Source: Clostridia bacterium
Lineage (GTDB): Bacteria; Bacillota; Clostridia; Christensenellales; Borkfalkiaceae
Direction: 5' to 3'
Assembly (NCBI GenBank): GCA_017452585.1
Contig: JAFTMD010000040.1
Location: forward strand, 1-55,605
Length of the DNA: 55,605 bases
Shown in pieces: positions 29,863 to 39,299 of this stretch. The notes below the pieces were generated by a model, which ran no database searches, was not told the DNA's origin, and worked only from the letters and a program-made list of their open reading frames with translations. A program made the translations under genes and the position numbers. Position 1 is the stretch's first letter, and every line of letters begins with the position of its first letter.

Positions 29863-31152
29863 ATGATTGATATTAATTTGATTCGTACGAATCCCGAACT
29901 CGTTAAAGAGAATATTCGTAAAAAATTCCAAGACCATAAATTGGTGTTGGTTGATAAGGTATTAGAGCTCGACGCAAAGCGTCGTGCGCTCATCTCGGAA
30001 GGGGATGCCCTTCGCGCTGCCAGAAACACCCTTTCCAAACAGGTGGGGATGCTCATGAAAGAGGGCAAAAAAGAGGAAGCAGAAGGGGTTAAGGCACAGG
30101 TAAAAGCGGATGCAGAACGCCTGGTTGCCATTGAAACGGAAAATGCGGAAGTGGAAGCGGAACTCAAGAAAGCCATGATGTCCATTCCCAATATTATCGC
30201 AGACGACGTTCCCCTTGGCAAAAGTGACGAGGAAAATGTCGAATTGCAGCGTTTTGGGGAAGCAAAGACGCCCGATTTTGAAGTGCCTTATCACCTTGAT
30301 ATCCTTGAAAAATTGGATGGCATTGACGTAGACGCTGCACGTCGCACGTCGGGACAAGGCTTCTATTATTTGACGGGGGATATTGCGCGTTTGCATTCCG
30401 CCGTGCTTTCCTATGCGAGAGATTTCATGATTGACAAAGGTTTCACCTACGTCATTCCTCCCTACATGATCCACGGCGACGTAGTATCTGGGGTTATGAG
30501 CTTTGACGAAATGGAAAACATGATGTACAAAATCGAAGGGGAAGATCTTTACCTTATCGGTACGAGTGAACATTCCATGATCGGCAGATTTATGGGCCAG
30601 ATTATCGACGGCAAAAAGTTGCCCATGGCAATGACCAGCTATTCGCCTTGCTTCAGAAAGGAAAAGGGGGCGCATGGCATTGAAGAACGTGGCATCTATC
30701 GTATTCACCAATTTGAAAAACAGGAAATGATCGTGGTTTGCCGTCCGGAAGAAAGCGACGCATGGTATGAAAAATTGTGGAGCTATACGGTAGAATTATT
30801 CCGTTCGTTGGATATTCCCGTTCGTCAGCTTGGCTGCTGTTCGGGGGATTTGGCAGACCTCAAATATAAGAGCTGTGACGTAGAGGCGTGGAGCCCTCGT
30901 CAGCAGAAATATTTTGAAGTGGGCTCCTGTTCCAACTTGACGGATGCGCAGGCGCGCCGCCTTTCCATTCGCTATAAAGACGATGATGGTAAGACGAAGC
31001 TTGCCCACACGTTGAACAACACGGTGGTTGCTCCTCCTCGTATGTTGATTGCATTTGTGGAAAATCATTTGCAGGCAGACGGCAGCGTAACCATTCCCGA
31101 AGCGTTGCGTCCCTATATGGGTGGCAAGGCAGTAATTACGCCTAAGAAGTAA
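29863..31152 (+). CDS. serS: serine--tRNA ligase
   Basis: 429 aa. N-terminal coiled-coil arm (MIDINLIRTNPELVKENIRKK), class II core motifs (FRKEKGAHG, GSCSNLTDAQARR). Confidence 0.95.
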   Translation: MIDINLIRTNPELVKENIRKKFQDHKLVLVDKVLELDAKRRALISEGDALRAARNTLSKQVGMLMKEGKKEEAEGVKAQVKADAERLVAIETENAEVEAELKKAMMSIPNIIADDVPLGKSDEENVELQRFGEAKTPDFEVPYHLDILEKLDGIDVDAARRTSGQGFYYLTGDIARLHSAVLSYARDFMIDKGFTYVIPPYMIHGDVVSGVMSFDEMENMMYKIEGEDLYLIGTSEHSMIGRFMGQIIDGKKLPMAMTSYSPCFRKEKGAHGIEERGIYRIHQFEKQEMIVVCRPEESDAWYEKLWSYTVELFRSLDIPVRQLGCCSGDLADLKYKSCDVEAWSPRQQKYFEVGSCSNLTDAQARRLSIRYKDDDGKTKLAHTLNNTVVAPPRMLIAFVENHLQADGSVTIPEALRPYMGGKAVITPKK

Positions 31153-31155
31153 ATT

Positions 31156-31238
31156 GGCTCTAATCACTTGGTTGATTTTCTAGTCAAATCGCTGAAAATA
31201 AATTTCAGCTAAAATCAACCATTCTCTGTGACACAGCC
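31156..31238 (+). repeat. B-family palindromic repeat, short form (83 bp)
   Basis: GGCTCTAATCACTTGGTTGATTTT ... AAAATCAACCATTCTCTGTGACACAGCC, with the central hairpin GCTGAAA-ATAA-ATTTCAGC. Starts 4 nt after the serS stop. Confidence 0.8.
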
Positions 31239-31256
31239 AACAAATATTACAAAAGA

Positions 31257-31276
31257 GCATACCATGTATGCGTTGA
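31257..31276 (+). repeat. iterated motif copy, palindromic form (15/15 core)
   Basis: GCATAC-CAT-GTATGC-GTTGA. Confidence 0.9.
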
Positions 31277-31296
31277 CATTAAAATAAAAAGAAAAA

Positions 31297-31318
31297 AGAC
31301 CGCGTTTTGCGGTCTTTT
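31297..31318 (+). terminator. serS terminator
   Basis: AGACCGC-GTTTT-GCGGTCT followed by TTT. It ends 10 nt before the next start codon. Confidence 0.7.
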
Positions 31319-31328
31319 CCAAGAGTGT

Positions 31329-32297
31329 ATGAAGTATTTATTTTTCGATATTGAGTGCTCGGTCGTATCCAAGACGGCGGCGAAGATTTGCGCCTTTGGA
31401 TATTGCTTGACCGATGAGAAATTTAATATTCTCGAAAAGGAGGATTTGCTCATCAATCCGCAGGGGGGATTTCATCTCACCGATCGGAAGGGGGAGCAAG
31501 GCCTTGTTTTGCCGTACGAATATGGAAAATTTAAAAGCTTTCCCACTTTCTTAGAATATGCCGATAAAATTTACGCGCTGTTGCAAGATCCCGACACCTT
31601 GGTGGTGGGGCACGCAACGATGAATGACGTCAAATATCTCAACTTGGAAAGCAAACGCTTTCGGTTGCCCTCTTTTTCCTTCCGCTTTGCCGATACGCAG
31701 TTTTTGTATATGAACCGCATTGGCGAATTTTCTCGCCAGTTTGGTCTGGGCGTGATTGCGGAGCAGTTGGGGGTGGAATTCGTCGCGCACCGCGCGGTGG
31801 ACGACGCGTATGCAACCATGAAAATTGCAGAGGCGCTCTGCAAAATGGAGGGCGAGGGGGTTACTCTTTCCGATTTGATTGAAAAATATCAAATCACCCT
31901 TGGGAAAATTGACGACTACACCATCACAACCGCAACGTCCGCGGGGTTTGAAAATTATCGCTTGGAATTAGAGAAACGAAAAGAAGAGCGTGAACGCACC
32001 AAAATTGAGTTTTACCGCTTTGCGGATCGAGAAAAGCGCAAGCGCGCCAAAGAGGGGTTGTTGAAAAATAAGATGGTTTGTTTCTCTCACCCTTTAGAGT
32101 TGGAGCTCGCCATCTCGAAAAAACTGCTCAATGCCATCTTTGCGGAAGGCGCATTTTTCACCTCGCATGCAGAGGAATGTGATGTTTACGTCTGCTTTGA
32201 AGGCGAGGGTGGGCCACGCATGAAGTCGGTGAAAAAAGGTCGCATTTTGACCGTTGACGAATTTTCTGCCTATCTGGGATTGGAGATGAACGCATGA
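31329..32297 (+). CDS. DEDDh-family 3'-5' exonuclease domain protein with a C-terminal extension
   Basis: YLFFDIECS (Exo I), VVGHATMNDVKYL (Exo II), HRAVDDAYATMKI (Exo III, H-x4-D). The C-terminal ~100 aa are of unclear fold, possibly BRCT-like. Confidence 0.75.
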   Translation: MKYLFFDIECSVVSKTAAKICAFGYCLTDEKFNILEKEDLLINPQGGFHLTDRKGEQGLVLPYEYGKFKSFPTFLEYADKIYALLQDPDTLVVGHATMNDVKYLNLESKRFRLPSFSFRFADTQFLYMNRIGEFSRQFGLGVIAEQLGVEFVAHRAVDDAYATMKIAEALCKMEGEGVTLSDLIEKYQITLGKIDDYTITTATSAGFENYRLELEKRKEERERTKIEFYRFADREKRKRAKEGLLKNKMVCFSHPLELELAISKKLLNAIFAEGAFFTSHAEECDVYVCFEGEGGPRMKSVKKGRILTVDEFSAYLGLEMNA

Positions 32298-33598
32298 CGA
32301 AATTGCCCGAACAATTTATCGAAAATATGAAAAAACAGCTTCCCGAACAGGAATGGGAGGCTTTTTTTGCCGTCTATGAAAATCCTCCGTACAAAGGGGT
32401 GCGTTTAAACCCGTTGAAGGGTACCATGTCTGCGTTGACGGAGCTTTTACCCTTCTTGGGTGAACCCATTCCGTGGGAGGAAAACGGCTTTTATACCACG
32501 GCAGAGAGGGTGGGAAATTCTCCCTTCCACGCTGCGGGGCTTTTCTATTCGCAAGAGCCGTCTGCCATGAGCGCAGCGCCACTTTTGCAGGTGCAGCCGG
32601 GGGAAAGAGTGCTCGATCTTTGCTCCGCGCCCGGAGGAAAGGGAACGCAACTCGCTTGTAAAATGGCGAGGAAGGGATTGATTGTTTTAAACGAGCCCGT
32701 TTTTGCGCGCGCGAAGATCTTGTCGCAGAACGTGGAGCGCATGGGCATTCCCAATGCCGTCGTTATCAGTGAACTGCCTGAAAAACTTTCGACAAAATTT
32801 GCGGGGTATTTTGATAAAATTCTCGTTGACGCCCCCTGTTCGGGGGAAGGAATGTTCCGCAAAAATGCGGAGGAAGCCCTTGGTGAATGGTCGCAAGAAA
32901 ACGTGGAAATGTGTGCCGAACGGCAAGCGCATATTTTGGAAGAAGCCACAAAAATGTTGACGGTTGGGGGGAAGCTTTGCTACTCAACCTGCACCTTCTC
33001 CACACTCGAAGACGAGGGGCAGGTATGCGATTACTTACAAAAACACCCTGAAATGCGGCTTTTGAAATCGGAAAAATTATACCCGCACAAAGTGGCAGGT
33101 GAAGGGCATTTTGTTGCGCTTTTTGAAAAGATTGCCAAGAGTGGGGAATGGGATACTCGTCTGAAGGAGTGTAAACTTTCTTGTACGCAGGATGGGCAGA
33201 AAGCCTATCGCGCCTTTGAAAAGGAATTCTTCCACGAAAAATTTGCCACGAGGCTTTATGAAGCGAATGGAATTTTGTACGATTTGCCGGAAGGGATGTT
33301 CGATTGGAAGGGGCTTCAGGTGCTTCGCGTTGGCGTACGCTTGGGGGAAGTGAAAAATGGTCGGTTTGAACCCTCCCACTCGCTTGCCCTCTGCACAAAA
33401 AAGGAAGATTGTAAACGAGTGGTCGATTTATCGGAAGAGGATCTTCGATTGGAAAAATATTTCAAAGGAGAAACGATAGAGGTGGAGGAAATTTCCAACG
33501 GTTGGTGTCTTGTTTGCGTACATGGGTACCCCGTCGGGCTTGGAAAGGCGGTAAATGGCACACTCAAAAATCATTATCCAAAGGGACTTCGACATTAA
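32294..33598 (+). CDS. RsmB/RsmF-family rRNA cytosine-C5 methyltransferase
   Basis: 434 aa. DLCSAPGGKGTQLA SAM motif, VDAPCSGEGMFRK and YSTCTFS catalytic Cys motifs, C-terminal PUA-like part. The start overlaps the previous stop (ATGA). Confidence 0.88.
   Translation: MTKLPEQFIENMKKQLPEQEWEAFFAVYENPPYKGVRLNPLKGTMSALTELLPFLGEPIPWEENGFYTTAERVGNSPFHAAGLFYSQEPSAMSAAPLLQVQPGERVLDLCSAPGGKGTQLACKMARKGLIVLNEPVFARAKILSQNVERMGIPNAVVISELPEKLSTKFAGYFDKILVDAPCSGEGMFRKNAEEALGEWSQENVEMCAERQAHILEEATKMLTVGGKLCYSTCTFSTLEDEGQVCDYLQKHPEMRLLKSEKLYPHKVAGEGHFVALFEKIAKSGEWDTRLKECKLSCTQDGQKAYRAFEKEFFHEKFATRLYEANGILYDLPEGMFDWKGLQVLRVGVRLGEVKNGRFEPSHSLALCTKKEDCKRVVDLSEEDLRLEKYFKGETIEVEEISNGWCLVCVHGYPVGLGKAVNGTLKNHYPKGLRH
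32424..32438 (+). repeat. iterated motif copy (14/15)
   Basis: CCATGTCTGCGTTGA inside the methyltransferase CDS, read as T-M-S-A-L-T. Confidence 0.8.
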
Positions 33599-33616
33599 AT
33601 AGGGGGAGTTATGCAG

Positions 33617-34198
33617 ATGGATATAAGAAATAAAAACCTGTCTTTATTTTTATCCTTTCTCAAAATAGGTCTGTTTACGTTTGGTGGCGGATATGCCATG
33701 ATTGCGGTTTTGGAAAGAGAGTGTGTAGAAAAACGTCAATGGATTAACGAGGAAGAATTTACAAGCCTCGTAGCGATTGCTGAGTCAACGCCGGGGCCGA
33801 TTGCCATCAATGCGGCGACCTATATAGGCTATAAAATGAGTAAAATGTTGGGGGCCTTGTTGGCGACAACTGCCATTATTCTGCCATCCTTCACCATTAT
33901 TTTTGTAATATCACTATTCTTTGACGCCTTTTTGAGTTTGGAAATTGTAGGGTATGCATTCAAAGGGATTCAAGTGTGTGTAGCCTATCTTATCCTCTCA
34001 GCCGGCATCAAAATGCTGAAGAAAATGAAGAAGACGAAGCTTGGCTATCTCCTGTTTGGAGCAACGCTTATAGGAATGTTGTTAGTCACTCTTTTTTCAG
34101 TGAAACTCTCCACCATTCTTTTTATCCTGACAGGGGCGAGTATTGGTGTCGCTTGTTATGTGGGTAAGCAAAACAAGGAAAGGGAGGATAAAAAATGA
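33617..34198 (+). CDS. chrA: chromate-transporter (CHR) family protein, short half-size form
   Basis: ORF track 33611..34198. The ATG at 33617 has better spacing from GGGGAG. FGGGYAMIAV...ESTPGPIAINAATYIG is the CHR signature. Confidence 0.85.
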   Translation: MDIRNKNLSLFLSFLKIGLFTFGGGYAMIAVLERECVEKRQWINEEEFTSLVAIAESTPGPIAINAATYIGYKMSKMLGALLATTAIILPSFTIIFVISLFFDAFLSLEIVGYAFKGIQVCVAYLILSAGIKMLKKMKKTKLGYLLFGATLIGMLLVTLFSVKLSTILFILTGASIGVACYVGKQNKEREDKK

Positions 34199-34770
34199 TT
34201 TATCTCGAACTTTTGCTTGCATTTTTACAGGTAGGCGCGTTTTCTTTTGGCGGCGCGTATGGAATGATTCCCGTCATTCGCGATATGTGTCTTTCGAACA
34301 ATTGGCTCACCGAAGAGGAAATCCTCAATTTTATCGCCGTTGCCGAGTCCACGCCCGGACCAATAGCCGTGAATATGGCGACGTTTGTTGGTTCTTCGCA
34401 AGCGGGCATTTTCGGTTCGTTGGTTGCCACCTTGGGTGTGGTGTTGCCTTCCTTTAGTATTATTTTGTTAATCGCCTCGGTAATGGCGAATTTGATAAAG
34501 TATCAAGGTGTGCAGGCGGGGCTGAATGGGACGAAACCCGTGGTTGTGGGATTGATTATAGCAACCGGCGCAACCATGCTGGTTTCCTTACTGTTTGGAG
34601 TGAAAAATTTAGACAGTCAATTTGCGTTTGACGGCAAAGCACTTTTCATATTTTTATTAATTGTGGCAGTCAACATGGTGTATAAGAGAATAAAAAATAA
34701 GCAGCTATCTCCCATTCTTTCCATTCTTTTTTCGGCGTTGTTGGGGATTTTGCTGTATGGCGCGCTGTAA
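34195..34770 (+). CDS. chrA: chromate-transporter (CHR) family protein, second half-size form
   Basis: FGGAYGMIPVI...ESTPGPIAVNMATFVG. Overlaps the first half-gene (ATGA). Confidence 0.85.
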   Translation: MIYLELLLAFLQVGAFSFGGAYGMIPVIRDMCLSNNWLTEEEILNFIAVAESTPGPIAVNMATFVGSSQAGIFGSLVATLGVVLPSFSIILLIASVMANLIKYQGVQAGLNGTKPVVVGLIIATGATMLVSLLFGVKNLDSQFAFDGKALFIFLLIVAVNMVYKRIKNKQLSPILSILFSALLGILLYGAL

Positions 34771-34789
34771 AATTTTCGTAAATAAACAA

Positions 34790-34826
34790 AAGAACTCCGC
34801 TTGAGAAATCAAGCGGAGTTTCTTTA
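34790..34826. terminator. bidirectional terminator between convergent genes
   Basis: AACTCCGCTTGA-GAAA-TCAAGCGGAGTT (12-bp stem) with flanking A and T runs. Confidence 0.85.
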
Positions 34827-34839
34827 TGATAATCGGTGA

Positions 34840-37800
34840 TTATTTGTTTTTCTTAACAACGTTTACGTGCGCTTTTGCAGCTTTTCTCTTTTTAACCACT
34901 TTGAGAATTCTCTGGGTTGCGATACCACCAATTGCTACGAGCAATGCAGCGGCTACTGCGATCGAGCTGATAAGCATGAATACGTTCATTCCGTCTTCAT
35001 CCGTTTCAACATCTTCTTCCGTATCGTTGTCGTCATCATCAAGGTCAGGCGCTGCTGGCGTGATGGTTACGTCTGCGAAGGAGTAGTCAGCGAAGATGGT
35101 GTAGTTGCCATTTTCAACATATTTAAGATATGCATAACCGGATTCGTAAGAGGACTGCATGAAGCTGTCGATGTAAAGGTTGCCCACTTCATCCGTATCC
35201 TTAGCCTTTTCATAACGAACGTGTTTGTCGGTGTCATAGTAGGAGAATACGCTTTCAAAGCTATCTACTACGTTTTCACTGTCTTTGTATTCTTCAAGGA
35301 GACCGTCGTAGTTGGAGGATGCCGTACCAGGATTGTTGGTATCGAAGATTACATACGTACCTGCAGGATTGCTTTCGCCTGCTCTCGTACCACTCCAAAC
35401 TTCCAAACGATAATTCTTCGCTGCGTTGCCTTTCTTAACGTAGAAGGTGATGGTTTTCCATTCGCCATTGGTTTCAACGTTTTCAACGCAAAGGTTTCTG
35501 TCTGCTTCTTCGGTGTAGCGAGGTTCAACGAGGCCCTTAATGTCGAGTACTTTCGTGCCACCGGTCTTTTCGGTGTACCAATCGTTGCCCTGTTTGAAGA
35601 ATACTGCGCGATCCCAATCGGAGTTGTGATAATAATGCTTTGCGCTGTTTTCAGCTGCGTAGAGGACGCCGTCCTTTTCCGTGTAAGCAGAGAGGTTAGC
35701 GTATGCGTTTTCTTTGATTACTTCGCTGTAGCCGCTCCATTTCTTATCTGCGCTGTAAAGGCCGGTCTTCTTGTTCAAACGGAATGCAAGTTCGGAACCA
35801 TCTTTGAGGGGATCACCCGTCCAAATGTTACCGTTGTCATCATACCAGTAGGTGAGGATACCATTAACGGAGAGGAAGCTCTGACGGGTTTCGTCATTCA
35901 TATCTACCAAGTAGATGGAAGCCTTCGCGCCTTCGCTGGTCTTTACACGAACGGAAATAGCCGTATGAGAAGCGGAGATCGTAGTGGAGTTGCCGAAGAA
36001 GCCGTAGGATTTGCCATCCATGCCGTCATTCCAAATGAGGAGGGGCTGGGTTGCATTGCCGAATACGTTCTTCCAAATTTCTTCTGCATTTGCGCCTTCT
36101 TTCTGTAAGCCCTTGAACCAAGCCGCATCTTTGTTGAGTTCTGCGATATTGTCGTAAGATTCCAAGAAGGATGTCTTATTCAAAAGACCTGCATTTGCGT
36201 ATGCGTTGATTTCACGGTTGTTCCCGCCTTTGTCGGGAAGAGCTACGTAATAGCTGTCGTTGTAAACGCCTTTGTAGTTTTGAGGATTTGCAAGCCCATT
36301 TTCCAAAGCGTTGGTAGGCGTGCCTGCTACTGTGTCGAAACCAGCGTTGCCAGCTGCTTCTTCATCTGCTTCTGCCTTGAGGGTGTACTTCTGTGCGTAC
36401 GTGCCCGTCTGTGCGCATTCATATTCACGCGCGGACATATTCAACGTTTCAAACTGCGTAAGCGCTGCGAACCCTGCGGAGAAGGCAGTGTTTGCAGTGG
36501 AAACGGTAACGTCGGTAGGGCCGTAGTTCAAGGTGAGGCTGAATTCTTGCGCGCCTTCCAAATCTTCCCCTCTTTCCAAGAAGAAGTAGCAACGCTGCCA
36601 ACCATCATAATAATCTTCAATGCCGTCGATGGTAACGCCTGTCAAATCCGCCGTGCTGATGGAGGAGAAGGAGGTGCTGTTTTTACCATGATTCAACGTG
36701 ATGGTAAGGCCGGTGCCTTCGTCGAAATCAGAGGTCTTCACGAAGAAGGAAACTGCCATCTGATCGGTTTCAGCGTCCATCGTGAATTTGTATGCGTCTT
36801 CCCACGTATATGCTGCGCCTTTTGCGGAGAGCATCATAAGCGTAGAAGAGGTGTTGTTCTTATAGAAGTCGTTATCTTCTTCCGTATCCTTGAAGAAGTG
36901 TTCGTATACCGTCTTCAAGTAACCGCTGGTTGCTGCTGCTTCCAAAGCTGCATTGTTTGCGTAGTATTTATTGATGTCTTCATCAGACTTCAATTTGCTG
37001 TTTGCTTTAGAACCGTCCGAGCTGGTGGTTAAGCCTGCTTCCCCGTTGATTGCATAATCTGCGGGAAGAGCCTTCCATTCTGCTTTATGGAAGTCCATCG
37101 AGAAGGTTTTCTGTGCCGTCTTGTTGACGTTGACAATTTTATCTTCCTTCTTGGTTTCCAAGGTCACTTCGTTGGCGATATCGTCGGGATAGTTGTTGAA
37201 TTCTACTTCTTCAAACGTAATGTTATCGAAGAAAGCGTATCCGTTGACGTAATCGAGGTGATCGGTACCACCGCCCTGACCAAGACCAAGCGCAATCGTG
37301 AAGGACGTATCTGCAAAGGAGGAACCTTTGATATAGAACGTGTATTCCGTCCATTCGTCCGTCTGAATGTTTTTGATCATGTAGGGATCTAACGTCTTGC
37401 CACCAACGGTTTGGGAAATGCTGATGTAAGCACCCTTGTCCACAGCTGCCTGTTCGTTCTTGCTGCTGTCAACGGAGGTAAGGCCAGACGTCTTAACCCA
37501 AATGGAGAACTTTGCAGCAGAACCTGCCGTAATCTTCCTGGAAGAGGAGGTGAACTTCTGCGCGGTACCAATCGAGTTGTTGTTGTGAAGCATCAATACT
37601 TGCGTATCAACTTCTCTGTCTTTGCCTGCCTGATCCTTATCGGGTTGGTTTTCGGGCGTGCCGGGGTTAGCAACCGTAGGAAGGTCTTCGCTGTCAATGT
37701 TGAAGGACTGATAGACGTCTTCTTTGACTTTTTCAAATTCTTCGTCGATGTCAAGCTTTTCGTTGGCATCTCTGTCTTCCCAATCTTCATAGAACGCAAG

Positions 37801-38244
37801 TTTATCTGCGGTCGTAAGGGAATCCCATTGACTGATGGCGTCTTTGATTTGCATTTCAGCAATCTGTTCGTCCGTCTTGGTGCGTTCCGTCAAATCTTTC
37901 CAAGCATCTTCAGCCGTGTCAATGACACCGCTTGCCGATTTGGAGGAGGGAGCAGAACCGGTCGTTGCGGAGTTTACCGAACGAGACCAACCGGTAACTG
38001 ACGTACCGATTTTAACGGTTTCGCTGAGTTTAGTGAAGTCAAAATGACTATTCTTAATTGTCCCGTTATCCACTCTGTCCGTTGTGGAGCTGGAGCTCGA
38101 CGAAGAGGAAGAGCTGGAGGAGGACGAGGAATCGGTATTGTTTTCCGTACAGGAAGCAAATGCTGCGCCCATGGAGGAGAGCACCATTACCGATAAGAAG
38201 AGGGCAAGGAACTTGCTCTTGCGAGTGTTGTTTGTTGTTTTCAT
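34840..38244 (-). CDS. large surface protein of unknown function: lipoprotein signal, poly-Ser linker, C-terminal TM anchor
   Basis: 1134 aa. N-terminus MKTTNNTRKSKFLALFLSVMVLSSMGAAFASC (FASC lipobox), then S17. Acidic DLDDDDNDTEEDVETDEDG, then the TM helix VFMLISSIAVAAALLVAIGGIA and a Lys-rich tail. I recognise no catalytic motif. Confidence 0.8.
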   Translation of the reverse strand: MKTTNNTRKSKFLALFLSVMVLSSMGAAFASCTENNTDSSSSSSSSSSSSSSSTTDRVDNGTIKNSHFDFTKLSETVKIGTSVTGWSRSVNSATTGSAPSSKSASGVIDTAEDAWKDLTERTKTDEQIAEMQIKDAISQWDSLTTADKLAFYEDWEDRDANEKLDIDEEFEKVKEDVYQSFNIDSEDLPTVANPGTPENQPDKDQAGKDREVDTQVLMLHNNNSIGTAQKFTSSSRKITAGSAAKFSIWVKTSGLTSVDSSKNEQAAVDKGAYISISQTVGGKTLDPYMIKNIQTDEWTEYTFYIKGSSFADTSFTIALGLGQGGGTDHLDYVNGYAFFDNITFEEVEFNNYPDDIANEVTLETKKEDKIVNVNKTAQKTFSMDFHKAEWKALPADYAINGEAGLTTSSDGSKANSKLKSDEDINKYYANNAALEAAATSGYLKTVYEHFFKDTEEDNDFYKNNTSSTLMMLSAKGAAYTWEDAYKFTMDAETDQMAVSFFVKTSDFDEGTGLTITLNHGKNSTSFSSISTADLTGVTIDGIEDYYDGWQRCYFFLERGEDLEGAQEFSLTLNYGPTDVTVSTANTAFSAGFAALTQFETLNMSAREYECAQTGTYAQKYTLKAEADEEAAGNAGFDTVAGTPTNALENGLANPQNYKGVYNDSYYVALPDKGGNNREINAYANAGLLNKTSFLESYDNIAELNKDAAWFKGLQKEGANAEEIWKNVFGNATQPLLIWNDGMDGKSYGFFGNSTTISASHTAISVRVKTSEGAKASIYLVDMNDETRQSFLSVNGILTYWYDDNGNIWTGDPLKDGSELAFRLNKKTGLYSADKKWSGYSEVIKENAYANLSAYTEKDGVLYAAENSAKHYYHNSDWDRAVFFKQGNDWYTEKTGGTKVLDIKGLVEPRYTEEADRNLCVENVETNGEWKTITFYVKKGNAAKNYRLEVWSGTRAGESNPAGTYVIFDTNNPGTASSNYDGLLEEYKDSENVVDSFESVFSYYDTDKHVRYEKAKDTDEVGNLYIDSFMQSSYESGYAYLKYVENGNYTIFADYSFADVTITPAAPDLDDDDNDTEEDVETDEDGMNVFMLISSIAVAAALLVAIGGIATQRILKVVKKRKAAKAHVNVVKKNK

Positions 38245-38504
38245 GTAACCACCTTTGGTTTAATTGATTTTCGTGTGACCTAAAAGGTCAGGGGCAAAAC
38301 TTAAAAATGATTCTCTCAAATGTATAAAGAAAGCCTTTATAATTTTGCACTATACTATTTTAATACAAAATGAAAGAGTTGGCAAGCGTTTCCGCCTTAA
38401 ATTTCAAGAAAAGTTTGATAAAATTTTAATTTTTTCTCAATATATATAGTAATGGGGAAGATTTGGACGGATTTTTTCCGTTTTTTGGAGGTAAAAATAG
38501 GGAA

Positions 38505-38870
38505 ATGAGAAAAGTGGTGCAAAAAAATTGGCAACGAATCATCTGTGGCGCTGGCGTAGGAACAGCCAGCAGTTTGTTTGGAGGGGGAGGGGGAATGTTG
38601 GCTGTGCCCCTTCTGCAAAAGGTTGGCTTGACGGGACGGGAGGCGCACGCCACGGCGATTTTACTTATTTTGCCGGTGGCTGGTCTTTCCTTTCTATTTT
38701 ACGTATGGAAAGGGTTTTACGATTTTTCCATTCTTTTGCCCACGGCAATCGGCGTGACGGCAGGTGGATACGTAGGGGCGAAATTATTGGGCAAGCTCCC
38801 CATGCGTATGGTCAATTGGATCTTCGTCGTCTTGCAGGCGGTGGCGGGCATTTTTTTGCTGTTGCGCTGA
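38505..38870 (+). CDS. TSUP (TauE/SafE) family transporter, half-size (4-TM) subunit
   Basis: ORF track 38463..38870. Start at the ATG 38505 (MRKVVQ). GAGVGTASSLFGGGGGMLAVPLL is the typical TSUP N-terminal motif. Confidence 0.75.
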   Translation: MRKVVQKNWQRIICGAGVGTASSLFGGGGGMLAVPLLQKVGLTGREAHATAILLILPVAGLSFLFYVWKGFYDFSILLPTAIGVTAGGYVGAKLLGKLPMRMVNWIFVVLQAVAGIFLLLR

Positions 38871-38884
38871 AGGAGGAAAATCGT

Positions 38885-39247
38885 ATGTCTTTTTATTTGT
38901 ATATAATATTGGGATTTTTAGGAGGTATTCCCGCTGGCATGGGCATGGGGGGAGGAACGGTAACCATTCCCCTTTTGGTGTTGATCGGCGGGGTGGAACA
39001 AAAGCTTGCGCAATGCGCCAACCTCTTTGCCTTCCTGCCCATGAGTGGCTTTGCCATCAAGACGCATGTCAACAATAAACTCGTGCGGACGGAGGGGATT
39101 ACGTGGCTGATTTTGCCGGCGCTTGCCTTTTCCCTGTTTGGAGCCATTTTAGCGACGTGGTTGCCCTCGGTTTTGCTCCGTAGGGCGTTTGGCGCATTCT
39201 TGCTCGTTTTGGCGCTAATCGGCTTTATACGGCTTAAAAATGATTGA
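38885..39247 (+). CDS. TSUP (TauE/SafE) family transporter, second half-size subunit
   Basis: Lies within the mis-framed ORF-track entry 38528..39247. ATG 38885, with AGGAGG at 38871-38876. GIPAGMGMGGGTVTIPLLVLIGG. Confidence 0.75.
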   Translation: MSFYLYIILGFLGGIPAGMGMGGGTVTIPLLVLIGGVEQKLAQCANLFAFLPMSGFAIKTHVNNKLVRTEGITWLILPALAFSLFGAILATWLPSVLLRRAFGAFLLVLALIGFIRLKND

Positions 39248-39299
39248 CAAAGAGAAAAGACTGTGGTAAAATTTCTCCGTAAAAAGGTTGGAGAAATGT

